Positions 1 through 11,096 of a stretch of 64,000 nt of DNA are shown piece by piece; position 1 is the stretch's first letter; every line of letters starts with the position of its first letter. The position numbers and the translations under genes were made by a program. Below the pieces are notes generated by a model, which was given only the letters and a program-made list of their open reading frames with translations, was not told where the DNA came from and searched no databases. This DNA comes from Vicugna vicugna (taxonomy: Eukaryota): the NCBI GenBank assembly GCA_013265495.1, contig MU057640.1:2009405-2073404 (forward strand). The letters run 5' to 3'.

Positions 1-238
1 AATTAGGAGTTTGGGATTAGCAGATATAAAATAGATAACCAACAAGGCCCTACTGTATAGCACAGGGAACTATATTTAATATCTTGTATTAACCTATAAT
101 GGAAAAGAATCTGAAAAAGGATAGATTTATATATATATTATATATATGTATAACTGAATCACTTAGCTGTACACCTGAAACTTTGTAAAACAACTATACT
201 TCAATTTTTTTTTAATGAAAAAAAGAAAGAAAAAAAAG
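1..238 (+). mobile_element. L1 3' UTR end with A-rich tail
   Basis: ctactgtatagcacagggaactatat...actgaatcac...tgtacacctgaaac...caactatacttcaat followed by an A-rich tail; similar to the copy at ~5790-6040. Confidence 0.85.
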
Positions 239-1254
239 AGTGAAGTCTGCTGGCAGCTACCAGAAGTGAGGGGTGGGGATGGGCAGACAGATGTCACAGT
301 GTCCAAAGCTCCAGAGCCTCTCCAGGGTCACTGCAAGTGACCGCAGCATCAGGTGCCTCTGCAGTGCCCCCAGGGCATGTTTGGGGGGTTTCAGGATCTC
401 TGACAGACTGGCCTGAAGGCTGACACCCAGTGGCGAGTGTACATCATAGAGGATGCAGCCAACTTTTCTTCTTTTATGAGCCTTGCAAATAGCTGACATT
501 CAACAATGCTCATTGACTGACTGACTGAATGAACGAATGGCATAGCTCTTACTTGGGCGAAGGGAGGACTTCCGGTCTACATTAGCCTGAGTTGAATTAA
601 TTTGGAAACTGCTTCGTTGCAAGGGGTTGAACGCCATCAGAGCTATCTTTAGCAAGAGATGGTCCTTGCTTGGATGCCGCTTCTGGCAAGCAGGGACAGA
701 CATGAACCAAGGACTGAATGCTGGGAGCCTCTGCCTCTTGTCTTACCTCCTCTCTGAATCTGCTCCATTTTCCCATTCAAATGCGGCCATCTGGCATTCT
801 TCAATTTTCAGTCCATCTTATCAGAAAATAGCTTTCCATGCCTCCAGGATTGGTCTCTCCTCTAATTAAGAGCCCAGGGTGAGTGAGACTGAGTTTCCTT
901 CCTTCCCAGTCCAAACCCAGAGCAGGGACTCTATGTAGCCAAGCATGAAGCAGGGGTTTGCCCCTGGCCCAATCAGCCAAAATGGCCAAAATGGAGCTTG
1001 GAGCAGGGAGGTCACCATTATGATGTGGATTGGGGTATAGGAGCAGCTCTTGGAAAAGAAGAGATTTAAGCAGACGATACAGTTGGTGTCTCCTGCAGAA
1101 TCTGAACAACATATTTGCCTACATTTACAGTGCTTTAACAACACTCGATATTCATGACCTCAGTGATTCTTGTTCCGACTGTGTGAGGTAGGCATATCAG
1201 GTACGAACAGTCTTTCTTCCACATCTACCTTATTTTATTGCGGAAATGACATGT

Positions 1255-2250
1255 CTGTGGGCTCCCAAATTGCCTCTCACCGTAGTACATGGGGGACTTG
1301 TCTGGCTTTTGGATCATGGTGGTCATAGAGAGGTTGGTTTTTTTGCCCTGGCTCGCAACCCATGTAGGAGGGCTCTCTGATAGTTCCGCACAGCCTCCCG
1401 TTTGGCTTGGGAGTTAGTGTTTCATTCGGTCTTGTGTCTGGGGCTGCATTCTGGACCCATTCCTCCGCATACATGGTTCCCTCTGGGGCCTGCTCTTGTA
1501 GCCATTTTTTAGTTTCTGTTATGATCTGTCTTCTTTCTTTAGTATTGAAGAGTGTCAGGAGCAGCTGTTGAATGTCATCCCAAGTCGGCTGGTGGGTCTG
1601 GAAGATGGATTCTAGGAGATCAATCATGGCCTGGGGTTTTTCTGAATACAGCAGAGTTTGGTGTCGCCAGTTCAGGAGATCCGTTATACTGAAAGGCTGG
1701 TAGTACAGGATGGAGTGGCGGGGCTGTACGGAGCCATCATTGTTAAGTAGTTGGGGCTCTTGGGTCTCCTGGAGGGGCACCCGGAGGGTAGCCGCTGGCT
1801 GGGCATCCTGCAGGGCCGAACGAAGTTTCCTCCTGTTGGACTTCCAGCTCAGAGCCCGGGGCCACTGTGGTGGTACAGGCAGCAGTGGGCCATCAAGTAG
1901 AGGCAGCTGTAGTAGAACTGCAGAAGCAGGAGAAACATATGGGACGGGTGGCATTGGCAGTTCTTCAGGGTTCCCCCGGAGGCAAGGTTTGGGCGATCGT
2001 TAGCCAAGAATCAATATATGGGAATTGGTCGCGGTTCCCTGGGGGCATGGTGATTATCCAGTGTATGGCCCCGACAGCTGACAGGTCAAGCGTACCTTCC
2101 AGGGGCCATCCCACTCCAAAGGTGGGCCACTCTGACTCGCACAAGGTGTGCAATTGTTCTGGTGTCAATTTCATAGTTTCCTGAGAAACCCTTTTTGAAA
2201 TTTTCAATCATACAGTCCAGAACTGTCAGCTTTGATTTTGAGGATTCCAT
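1255..2250 (-). pseudogene. gag: Frameshifted gammaretroviral-type gag (MA, proline-rich region, CA)
   Basis: MESSKSKLTVLDCMIENFKKGFSG / KLTPEQLHTLCESEWPTFGVGWPLEGTLDL (MA); PPVPY; YQPFSITDLLNWRHQT...HQPTWDDIQQLLLTLFNTKERRQI (p30 CA), spread over different frames. Confidence 0.9.
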
Positions 2251-3467
2251 TACTATTAGTTGACAGGTTTTATGGCCTATAGGTGTGGGTCTGCTTCTGG
2301 CACTGAGGACTGTGACCCCAGTATCTTTTTCCCACTCCTCAAAACAGTGGAGTTCTCAAAAAGCTGGCTGCCTCACTGGGCCTAACATCTATCTGCTTGG
2401 CTGCAAGTGCTGCCTATAAGTTGGGGTTCCCCGTTAGGCAGGTAACCTTGAGACTCCCCCAGGCCTGGATGAGCTCCAGGGAAGGGGTCCCTGAGTCTTT
2501 TCTATAGCCTGAATTGACAAAATATGAGGCCAGGATGGTTGGCCAGTGGCAGAATAAATGGACCTAAATAAGGTGGATCTCAAAAGAGAGTTCGAGCCAG
2601 TCTTGAGTTGGCTCCTTCTGGCTCAGGTCTTGTGGTCTTAATTTTAGACAGAGGGGTATATTGTGGCTGGTTTATTAATTGCGACACGATATTCCGGGGG
2701 ACTGGTGACGAGGTCGCATCTGAAACTTTTAAAAACAGTTTCGTCTTAGTCCCCAAGGACACAGGGGTCCTTTACTCATAGGCTGTTCTATGTCCCTTTC
2801 CCTCCCTGTGTAGCCACCCTGTGCCGGTGTCGCAAACGAGTCAAAGGGAGGGTTTTCGCAGAGTCTGCCTGGCCACTCCCCTCGCGAGGACAAAGGTGCC
2901 TCTTAGCTTTGGTGGGTCAGTATAAACGACTGACTCCGATCAAGACCCTGAGGGGCCGACACCGCCATGAGCCGTATGAGGTCACCACTGAACCGCAGGT
3001 TGGAACTCACTCAAACTCTGTAGCAGAACACCGTGGAGCTACAAACTCGAACCTGATTGCATGATTTTCAGGCCACACACACACACACAGATTATTTGCA
3101 CATTCCCCTCCCTATCACTGGGGCTTCCCTAAACTAATCTAATCTAACCTGATCTCCCCGTCTGGATTACCGTCAGATGGGGAGCCTGGAGGAGGTGATC
3201 AGTCTCCTCTTCTGTCCACTTGGACGGAACCTGAATACCCCAACCTAAATATGGACTCTTCCCAGGGCTCCTACCTTATTCGGCAGTGTTGCTTGGTCCC
3301 TCCACTGAGTTTGGTTGGGGCACAGCCGCCCAGAGGACTGAATCACCTCCGCCAAGGAGGACCCGGAATACTGTCAGGTGGTGCACCTCCTCATTCGTTT
3401 TTGAAGCTCCTGACCTCCAGGTGGTTGCTCCGCCACCCAGGCGGCTCAAGGGACAGGCGTGGTTGGA

Positions 3468-3485
3468 ATCTTGCTGGGTCCTCCA
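3468..3485 (-). other. Retroviral primer-binding site, tRNA-Thr-like
   Basis: Minus strand TGGAGGACCCAGCAAGAT; about 16/18 match to the complement of a tRNA-Thr 3' end as I recall it (TGGAGGCCCCAGCGAGAT); positioned directly after the LTR. Confidence 0.7.
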
Positions 3486-3489
3486 GAAA

Positions 3490-4078
3490 CGTTGCAGAAA
3501 AAAATGTGTTACAGCTCAGCTGTGACAGCAATCTGGATCCGGGCAAGAGACCAAGTAGCACTTGTAGAGTTGGGGAACTCAGGTTTATTATGCCAGCAGG
3601 CCCAGAAAAGTTAACATGCCAAGCTTTGGACCCCATCTGTAGGTTTACATAGGCTTTTATAGGCTGCCAGTTTACACTTTGCAACATCATATGCAAATGA
3701 GGTATAACGAAAGTTGACGAATTAGGAACAAGCTTTGTAGAAATGGACCAATCAGCAGGGACAGAAATAACCAATCAGGAGTGAGGAAAATGGACCAATC
3801 AGGAGTGAGAGAAATGACCAATCATGAGTGACCTCCATGCAAATGAAGTACTACAAATGGACCAATCAGAAGTTAGGGAAAAGAACCAATCAGGAGTGAA
3901 AGAAATAACCAATCAGGAGTGAGCTCAGGGAACCAATAGAATTTTAGGGGTAAGTAAGCCGTTTCAGAGGCAAAAAGTGAGATAGCGCCTCTGGGCCAGG
4001 GAACCGGATGGTGCTGGCAGGAGAGTAGTAGCCCTGCCTGGAGGTCCTGCCAGTCTTTTTATGGGGCTTTCTGCCTCA
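3490..4078 (-). mobile_element. ERV 5' LTR (~589 bp)
   Basis: Minus strand starts TGAGGCAGAAA and ends TTTCTGCAACG (imperfect inverted termini); TATAAAA at 3661-3655; AATAAA at 3589-3584; PBS follows within a few bases. Confidence 0.85.
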
Positions 4079-5789
4079 GTTTCACTCTGCCATGGGGTCT
4101 GATTTTAATTCTTCTCTCTCCCATTTGACTTTATGTTTATTGAGGGTAGAGACCATATTCTGTTTAGCTTTGCATCTATAGCCCCACTATCAGGCTCTGG
4201 GCTCTGTACACGAGGCGTCTAATTGATGGTGATTAAACCGAATTTCTATTTTCACAGATGAGAAGAGTGAGGTCCAGCGTATTGAATGACTTGTTACAGG
4301 GAACACAGCTAGAGGGAAGAGAATCTGATGAATTTTGATGAGAAATACAGTGTTCTCATTCCTCTCTATATCCAGTGGATGAATCTTAGCCATCACAGAT
4401 AAGCTCTCAAGAGCCCCCAATTATATCGTGGCTTACACGCAGTTGCCAGCTGAGAGGGGGGTCTGCAACAACTTAGAAAGATCATGCTTTAAGGTGGAGG
4501 GTCCAGGCTGTGATATTAATGGACTGAAGTTTGAAGGCCTTCAGGAGAACAGCCCCAGCTCTCCAAGATGAATCTTTGCCAGATGAGGTGGACAAACAAG
4601 TTCGCAGCCAGGCATGGGTTGGGATCCCCATTTTATTAATGAGGTGAATGTGGGTGAAAGACGCTCCAGTTAGTAACTGAGGACACAGAACCCAGAAGTG
4701 ACTTTTCAAGAGCTCCTGTTCTTTGTCAAGATGCCTCTCTTGGGTCCCTTTCAAGTTTCCAACTCTCCTCTCAGATCATACTTAAGGTATTTTTTATTTA
4801 CATTTCAAATTTCAAGTCCTTTCTTGGCAGTAGATTACAAGAAAGGAGAGAAGCTGAGACAGGGAAGAAGCAAACAGAGTGGGAGGGCTGAAGGCTTCAC
4901 TAAGAAGAGGATAAACTTCCTTGGCTGTTCATGGATTCAGGGTCTGTAGCAATTCTATGCAGTGAAAGGGCTCCCAAACACAGACCTTGGGAGCTCTGAG
5001 AACCAGAACCACCCTGGTACATAACGTTAAGGGTTTGAGGGTTTATCAGAATAAATTGCTATTATTTTATTTTTCTCTTTCCTTTCCTTCTCAACTACCC
5101 CTATTAGTGACCTGGTGTCACAGCCCGAGAAGAGAGTAATCCAGAGATAGAGGGTCAGGCGAGTGAGGGAGGGAAACGTGGGGCAGACAGCATCCGCAGA
5201 CCCACCTGTAGCTGACGAAGTGCACAGATGGCTCAGCCTGTGCACGTGGTGCTGTGGGGAGGAGATCGGGGTCACAGTTGGAGTAGGTGGAGTGACAGGG
5301 GACAAGTGTGCTGCCAGTGGGTTATTAATAGGAACTAGGACATATATTTACAACCAGTGGCTTAACTCAGGGGCAGAGAGTCACACCCAGCCAAATCCAC
5401 GCCCCGCACCAAAGACACGGGACGGGTGCGGAGTGCAAGTTCTGAGCCCGGCGCACCCAGGTTGGGAAGCAGGCTCCCTCAGGTGGGACTAGCGAGAGCC
5501 CTGATGCTTGCTCAAGCTGTAAGCTGTGGTTCTGCCCTTTTGGTTAAAAGAAGGAGGGATGGAAGGAGCAAGGAGGGAGGGAGGAAGAATGGACTGAGAG
5601 AGAGAGAAACACCGGGTTGCTCACGTCGATACCCAAGCTCAGGTCAAGCCCCCAGAAGTTTTCTCTTCTCCCACACCCAGCCTCATGCCTGAGTCGGGAG
5701 ACTGTCCCATTTAACCATGAGAGAGAAATTCTACTTCTGACATGCCGGAGGCCCAGAAGTGCAGCACGGGAATCTAAATGTCAAGGGGC

Positions 5790-6040
5790 AAGGAGAGGGT
5801 GTGGGAAGGGATAAATGAGGAGTTTTGGATTTGCAGATACACACTACTGTATGTAAAGTAGATAAACAGTGTTCTACTGTCTAGCACAGGAAACTAAGTT
5901 CAATATCTTGTAATAGCCTATAACGAAAAAGAATACGAAAAGGAATATATATGTATAACTAAATCACTATGTACACCAGGAATTAACACAACATTGTTAA
6001 CCAACTATACTTCAATTGGGAAAAAAAAGGAAAAAAAAAA
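5790..6040 (+). mobile_element. 5'-truncated L1 3' end with poly(A)
   Basis: Same 3' UTR motifs as 1-238, ending caactatacttcaatt + A tracts. Confidence 0.85.
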
Positions 6041-7109
6041 GAGTCAACGAATAAAGGCAGACTCCCAACCCTGACCCAGGAGGGTGGATGGAGAGGTGCG
6101 AGTTCCTGGTCAGGGATGGTGATTGGGGCATGCGATTCAGTCCAAACCCCAGACTTCTCTGCGCTCTCTTTGGGCGCAAACAGACGCCCTCAGTCTGTGC
6201 TCTGCACCTGGAGAGAATCTCCAGACCAGGGATTCTCTGAGCTGGAGGCTGCACTGCGTCTGAAGCAGGCTGCAGGGGTTCGGCTGGCCCCAGGCTGGGA
6301 AGGCAGACAGCCCGCCGAGCTGCTGAGCTTGAAGGGTGGGTGGGGCCACCCCAGGTGTCACTGTTTGGCAGTCATGGCATGGCCTGGGGTCAGGTTATCA
6401 TAAAGGGGTGTGAGGCACTCTGCCTCTCCCAATCCATATCGAGTCCGGAAAGGGAACCTCTACAGTGCAGTGAGTTTTGCACAAAGATAAACTGCTCTTG
6501 GTTGAAAGTCTTCCTGTGTATAAACTGGGGAACCTTGGATTCTGCTCCAACTCACATTACTCCTGGAACTTAGTGGCTCTAGGCCTCAGTTTATATACAA
6601 AGGGGTTATTAAAAGTACCCAGTGTGTAGATATTTGGTGAAGATGAATCAGGAAAAGCGTGAGAAGTCCTCGGCACAGGTGTGACGCCCAAGAAATGTGG
6701 TTTTTGCTGTTATTCTGCAATCCCAACATGTCCTTTCACAAAGACCGGCCAGCGGACGCCAGGGGAGCTGGTGAGAAAGTTTGGTTTAACACAAACCAAC
6801 CCTCTTGTAGGAAGTGGATTCCAAGCGGGAAAAGCTTGGGAATCTGGGGCTGTTCCTCGTATCTGGGTCTAGGGCTTGGGCTACACGTGCGGCTTTAGTG
6901 CATTGAATAGCCTCTCTGAGCCTTGGTTTCCTTTTTAGCCAAGTTGGTTAAACAGAATACCTGCCTCATAGGACTTTTTTGAGGGCCCAGAGAGGTAATG
7001 ATATCACTTGTGCCTCGGCTGAGGGCTCAGTGACACACCAGGCTCAGTGAGAGCGTCAGGCACTCTCCTTAGTGCTGCTCATTGATCACCTCCATCCTTA
7101 AGACCACTT

Positions 7110-7375
7110 TATTTTTTATTTTTTAAAGCTGTGGTATTCTTTTTTTTAACATTTTTTATTGATTTATAATCATTTTACAATGTTGTGTCAAATTCCAGTG
7201 TTTAGCACAATTTTTCAGTCAAAAATGTGGTATTCTTAAATAATTTTTTAAACTTTTACTCATTTTATTTTATTTATTTTATTATTTGTTTATTTTTAAT
7301 GGAGGCACTGGGGATCGAACCCAGGACCTAGTGTGTGCTAAGCACGCACTCTACTACTGAGCTATACCCTCCCCG
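7110..7375 (-). mobile_element. tRNA-derived SINE (Vic-1-like)
   Basis: Minus strand gggagggtatagctcagtagtagag (A box)...ggttcgatcccc (B box) + A-rich tail; imperfect TSD cttaa(g/a)accac. Confidence 0.85.
7142..7225 (-). mobile_element. Very short L1 3' end nested in a SINE tail region
   Basis: Poly-T + ttttattgatttataatcattttacaatgttgtgtc, flanked by 12-bp repeat TGTGGTATTCTT (7130-7141, 7226-7237). Confidence 0.7.
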
Positions 7376-7489
7376 CTTAAAACCACCTTAGGTCATGGGT
7401 GTTTGCATATGTCCAAATTCATCAAATTGTACACATTAAATATATGCAGTTCTTTGTATATCAATTACGCCTCAATAAAGCTATAGAGA

Positions 7490-7665
7490 AAACACTTTGG
7501 GAGGTAGGTATGATTTTTTTTAAACCCCCATTTTGCAGTGGAAGAAATGGAGGCTTCACAGAGAGGTTAAGTAAGTTGTCTTAGGCCACATACCAAGTCA
7601 TAGCAGCACTGGGGTTCAAATCCAGGCAGTCTGGTTTCAGAGTCTATACTCCTAATCACTGCACC
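7490..7665 (-). mobile_element. MIR
   Basis: cccccattttgcag...gaggttaagtaa...ggggttcaaatccaggcagtctggtttcagagtc core. Confidence 0.75.
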
Positions 7666-8635
7666 AGCACCTACGTGTAAAAGCGTTTTCAGAACTGTAA
7701 AATGCTGTTTAAATATCGGTTGTTATTAGAATCAGTGGCACCATCTTCATATACTACATGAGGACACGTGGATCCGCTCCTAACCACTGCCTGGTACTTG
7801 TAAGATCTCAGTCACTCTGCCATCCCTTGTCTTTGTCCCCGAGAGAGGACAAGATGCAAAAGAAAGAGTGTCAATTCCTTCATGTACAGAGCTGTGAGGG
7901 GGCGGTGTGGGGGTGGGTTAAGGGCAAGCAAAAAAATAATAAACATCCGATCACACTGCTGCAAGCAATTGCCCCTGACCTGGGCATCAACACCATTCAA
8001 GGAAGCAAAGAAGGTAGGTCCTCAAGTTGGCCTCGCACCACCTTTAGTATAGCAGGAAGCACAAGATCATTTCCGTGATGTTCCCCTGGCCTGAGGGGCT
8101 GCCCTCTGGGGCTCCCACTGACCCCACTCAGGGCTCCATCCCTCCCGCCAACGGGACTGTTACTACTTAACAGTTCTTGGCTGGAGTCTGACCTACATCA
8201 TCGGCTGCCCACCTGCCATCTCCACGTGGATGTGGGACGCTGATCTCACTGCGCGTGTCCAACAGCCAGCTGCTGAGCTGCGTCCTCCATGAAGGGCGGC
8301 GCTACACCGTCAGGTGCTCAGGAAAAACCCTTGAGGACGCTGTCCTCGACATCTCTCTTTCTCTCCTCCCCCTTCCACTTCAGCCACAAAGCTAGCTGCT
8401 CTAGTCTCAAAATACATTTTACAATTTGACCACCCTTCACCATATCCCTTGTCGTCTCTCTTGCTGAACCTGCTGTTTTCTGTTGCCAGGATTATTGAAG
8501 CGCCTCCTCTTCTCATGCCCCGCCCTGATTTCTGTAAGTCCACGTGAACCCAGCAGCCCAAGTGTCCCCGCTCCGATGTCAGACCACACTGCTACTCTGC
8601 AGAAAACTCTTAAACGGCTTCCATCTCATTCAAAG

Positions 8636-9096
8636 TGTTGACTTACAGAAAAAACAAAAACAGATGTGAGTTAAGTTTTATTCAGAGACTTTCTGAGAAG
8701 ATAGACTGGGAGAAAGCCACTCAGCGCTGAGAAACTGCTCCAAAGAGGTAGGGGAGGAACCCCTTTATACACAATTTTTTTTGGCTGGGGAACACAGGTG
8801 GTCAAGCATTTATCTTGGTAAAAGATTACTGCTGGTCATGAAGAACAGATAGCTCAGGCTAATGATTTTAGTGCTTTTCTATGAACAGAAGATGTAGGAA
8901 TATGAGGTCATTGAAATTTTCCCTGAGATATGCATCAAACTGTCTAGGGGCCATTAAACCAAAGCACAGGGGGCCTCATCCTGTTTTTCACCCTGGATTC
9001 CTCTCAGGGTGCACTGTGAGTGGGCAACTGCTGTGGGTTGTGACTTAACCCACGTAGCACTGGGCAATGAGTAATGCACTCTGTTCTTTGTTCACA
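8636..9096 (-). mobile_element. Solo LTR (ERV1-like) inserted in an L2
   Basis: TG...CA termini; AAAG duplicated at 8632-8635 and 9097-9100; minus-strand AATAAA near 8677-8682; flanks rejoin as continuous L2-like sequence. Confidence 0.8.
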
Positions 9097-9350
9097 AAAG
9101 TAAAAGCCAAAGTCCTCTTTTGACTGGAAGTCCCACATGACCTGGCCCTCTTCCACCGCCACCTCTCCTATCTCTTACTACCGTGGATCTCTCACACTAG
9201 CTAGACTGGCCTCCTTGCTCTTTTGTTCAGTACACAGGCACGTTCCTGCCTCAGGGCCTTTGCACTGTTCTCTCTGCCTGAATGCTCTTCCCCATATCTG
9301 TACGGCTGGCTTCCTCAGTCACTTCAGATCTCTTTCTTTCCCTCTCTCTC

Positions 9351-9508
9351 TTTTTTTTTTTTTTAATTGAAGCTTTTAAAAATTAGCTTGAGAGGGAGTA
9401 AACTATGTTTATTTATTTTACTTTTTTTTTAAATGGAGTTACTGGAAATTGAACTCAGGACCTCATGCATGCTCAGCACACACTCTACCACTAAGCTATA
9501 CCCCCACC
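9351..9508 (-). mobile_element. tRNA-derived SINE (Vic-1-like)
   Basis: Homologous to the other copies (attgaactcaggacctcatgcatgct...agctataccc). Confidence 0.85.
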
Positions 9509-11009
9509 TTCAGTCTTTATTTTGAAAGTCACCTTGTTAAGGAGGCCTTCTCTAGCCACGCTGAAATGTAACCTCTTCTAACATTTCATCTCCCACTCTC
9601 TCCCTTCCTTGCCTGGTTTTCCTTTGTAACATCAATCCCTCTATAAAATTTTATTCCTGTTTTACCTGCTCATCTTTGTCTGTCTCTCCTATTAGAAGAT
9701 GAGATTTATGAAGGGATTTTTGTCTATTTTGTTCATCATTGTGTCTCCTGTGCCTTGAACCGTGCCTGCAACATGGGAGACACGTGGAAGTATTTGATGA
9801 GTAAATGAATGAATGGAATAAAAAAGGGGGGCACAAAGTTAACTGTGGACCCTTTAGCAAGTTATCCACTCTAGGCTTGGGATTCTTTGGATATCAAATT
9901 GAGTTGTTGCAGTAGGTGGTGCGCGAAGTTTCCCTGCAGCTGACGTGCGGGTGTCCCTGATTGAACTGGAGAACTAGAGGCAGTTATGTGTCAAGAAAGG
10001 GCCTGAAAAGGGTCTGAAGATTTGGGCTCAAGCCCCAGTGAGATCATCACTTGTGTAGGCTTTGGTTTCCACAACGACAAATGGAAAGAACTCCACCTAG
10101 TGATCACTAAGGTTACTTTCAGCACTTAAAATGTAAAATAGGAAAAAGTCATTAAAAAAAATGAGAGCCGGCTGTCATACTCTTCAATACCACAAGGTGG
10201 CGAAGTTGTCCACTGTTGGCTCTAAGAGAGTTGTGCTGTGTCAAGTCTGTAATTAACAGCTCCTGCTCTCCTAAAATCTATTTTTCATGGATCTGGGTCT
10301 TGTAAAAAATATCACAGACAACTGTGAGTGTTCATTCATCACATCTTACTGGCTTGTTTAAATAACAAAAGTCTTTAAATTGATATTGTTTTCTGATAAG
10401 AAGGCATTCGTCTCAAAAGCAAAACCGTGAGCTAGAGTTTCAGCTAAATGTCTGTCACCAACATGATTTAAAGACGGAGATTGGAAAAGCTGAGGAATAA
10501 AAGAAGTCTATGCCAGTGTTAGGTGAGCGAGGCCACAGCTATTCTAAATTAGTTCTAAAAGCACCTAGCCACTTATCTGTCTGCACATAACCAAGAGATG
10601 AGGAAGACAGGCAAGGAATGGACTGTTCACATTCCAGGAACTTTTTGTTTGCTTGGAAGAGCCCTTAAAGACTCTGATAAATGAAAAGATTGTGAAGAGT
10701 GCATGGCATACACATTATACCTTCAATTTATAGTAGCCATTATCATTATTGTTGTTAATATTATTGTTGTTATCATCTTTGGGTTCTATTTTTTTCCCTT
10801 CTCTACCATCTCTTCAACTAACAATAATGCTTTCAGCTTGAAATCTATTTCTCTGTTACAGAAAATAAAAATGCTTTGTGCTTCTTTATTCTAATTACAA
10901 GAGTCTTACATAGTTATTTTCGCTGTATGGAAAATAAAGAACAATAAAATGAAGGCAATACAAATTGCTCATACTCTACTACTTAGCTCAGGAACAACTG
11001 ATAATAAGA

Positions 11010-11096
11010 TTTTTTTAAATGGAGATACTAGGGATTGAACCCAGGACCTCGTGCATGCTAAGCACACTTTCCACCACTGAGCCATACCCTCCCCCC
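11010..11096 (-). mobile_element. tRNA-derived SINE (short form)
   Basis: gggattgaacccaggacctcgtgcatgctaagc; TSD AATAAGATTTT at 11003-11013 and 11097-11107. Confidence 0.88.

Larger units (their letters stand above)
1255..4078 (-). mobile_element. Truncated class I (gamma-like/ERV1) endogenous retrovirus: 5' LTR, PBS, leader, partial gag
   Basis: Correct minus-strand order LTR (4078-3490), PBS (3485-3468), ~1.2 kb leader, gag (2250 to ~1255). No pol, env or 3' LTR seen. Confidence 0.9.
8150..9820 (+). mobile_element. L2 3' region (split by a solo LTR and a SINE)
   Basis: cctgcctcagggcctttgcact...tctgcctgaatgctcttcccc; ends gtaaatgaatgaatg. Confidence 0.75.

Noticed and set aside
600..1110. 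ORFs at 801-1144 next to the ERV, as a possible continuation (pol/env)
   Set aside because: No RT, integrase or env motifs; looks like unrelated old repeat or unique sequence.
3745..3940. Regularly spaced 23-24 bp repeats superficially like a CRISPR array
   Set aside because: Head-to-tail units with no unique spacers, inside an LTR in mammalian DNA, and no cas genes.
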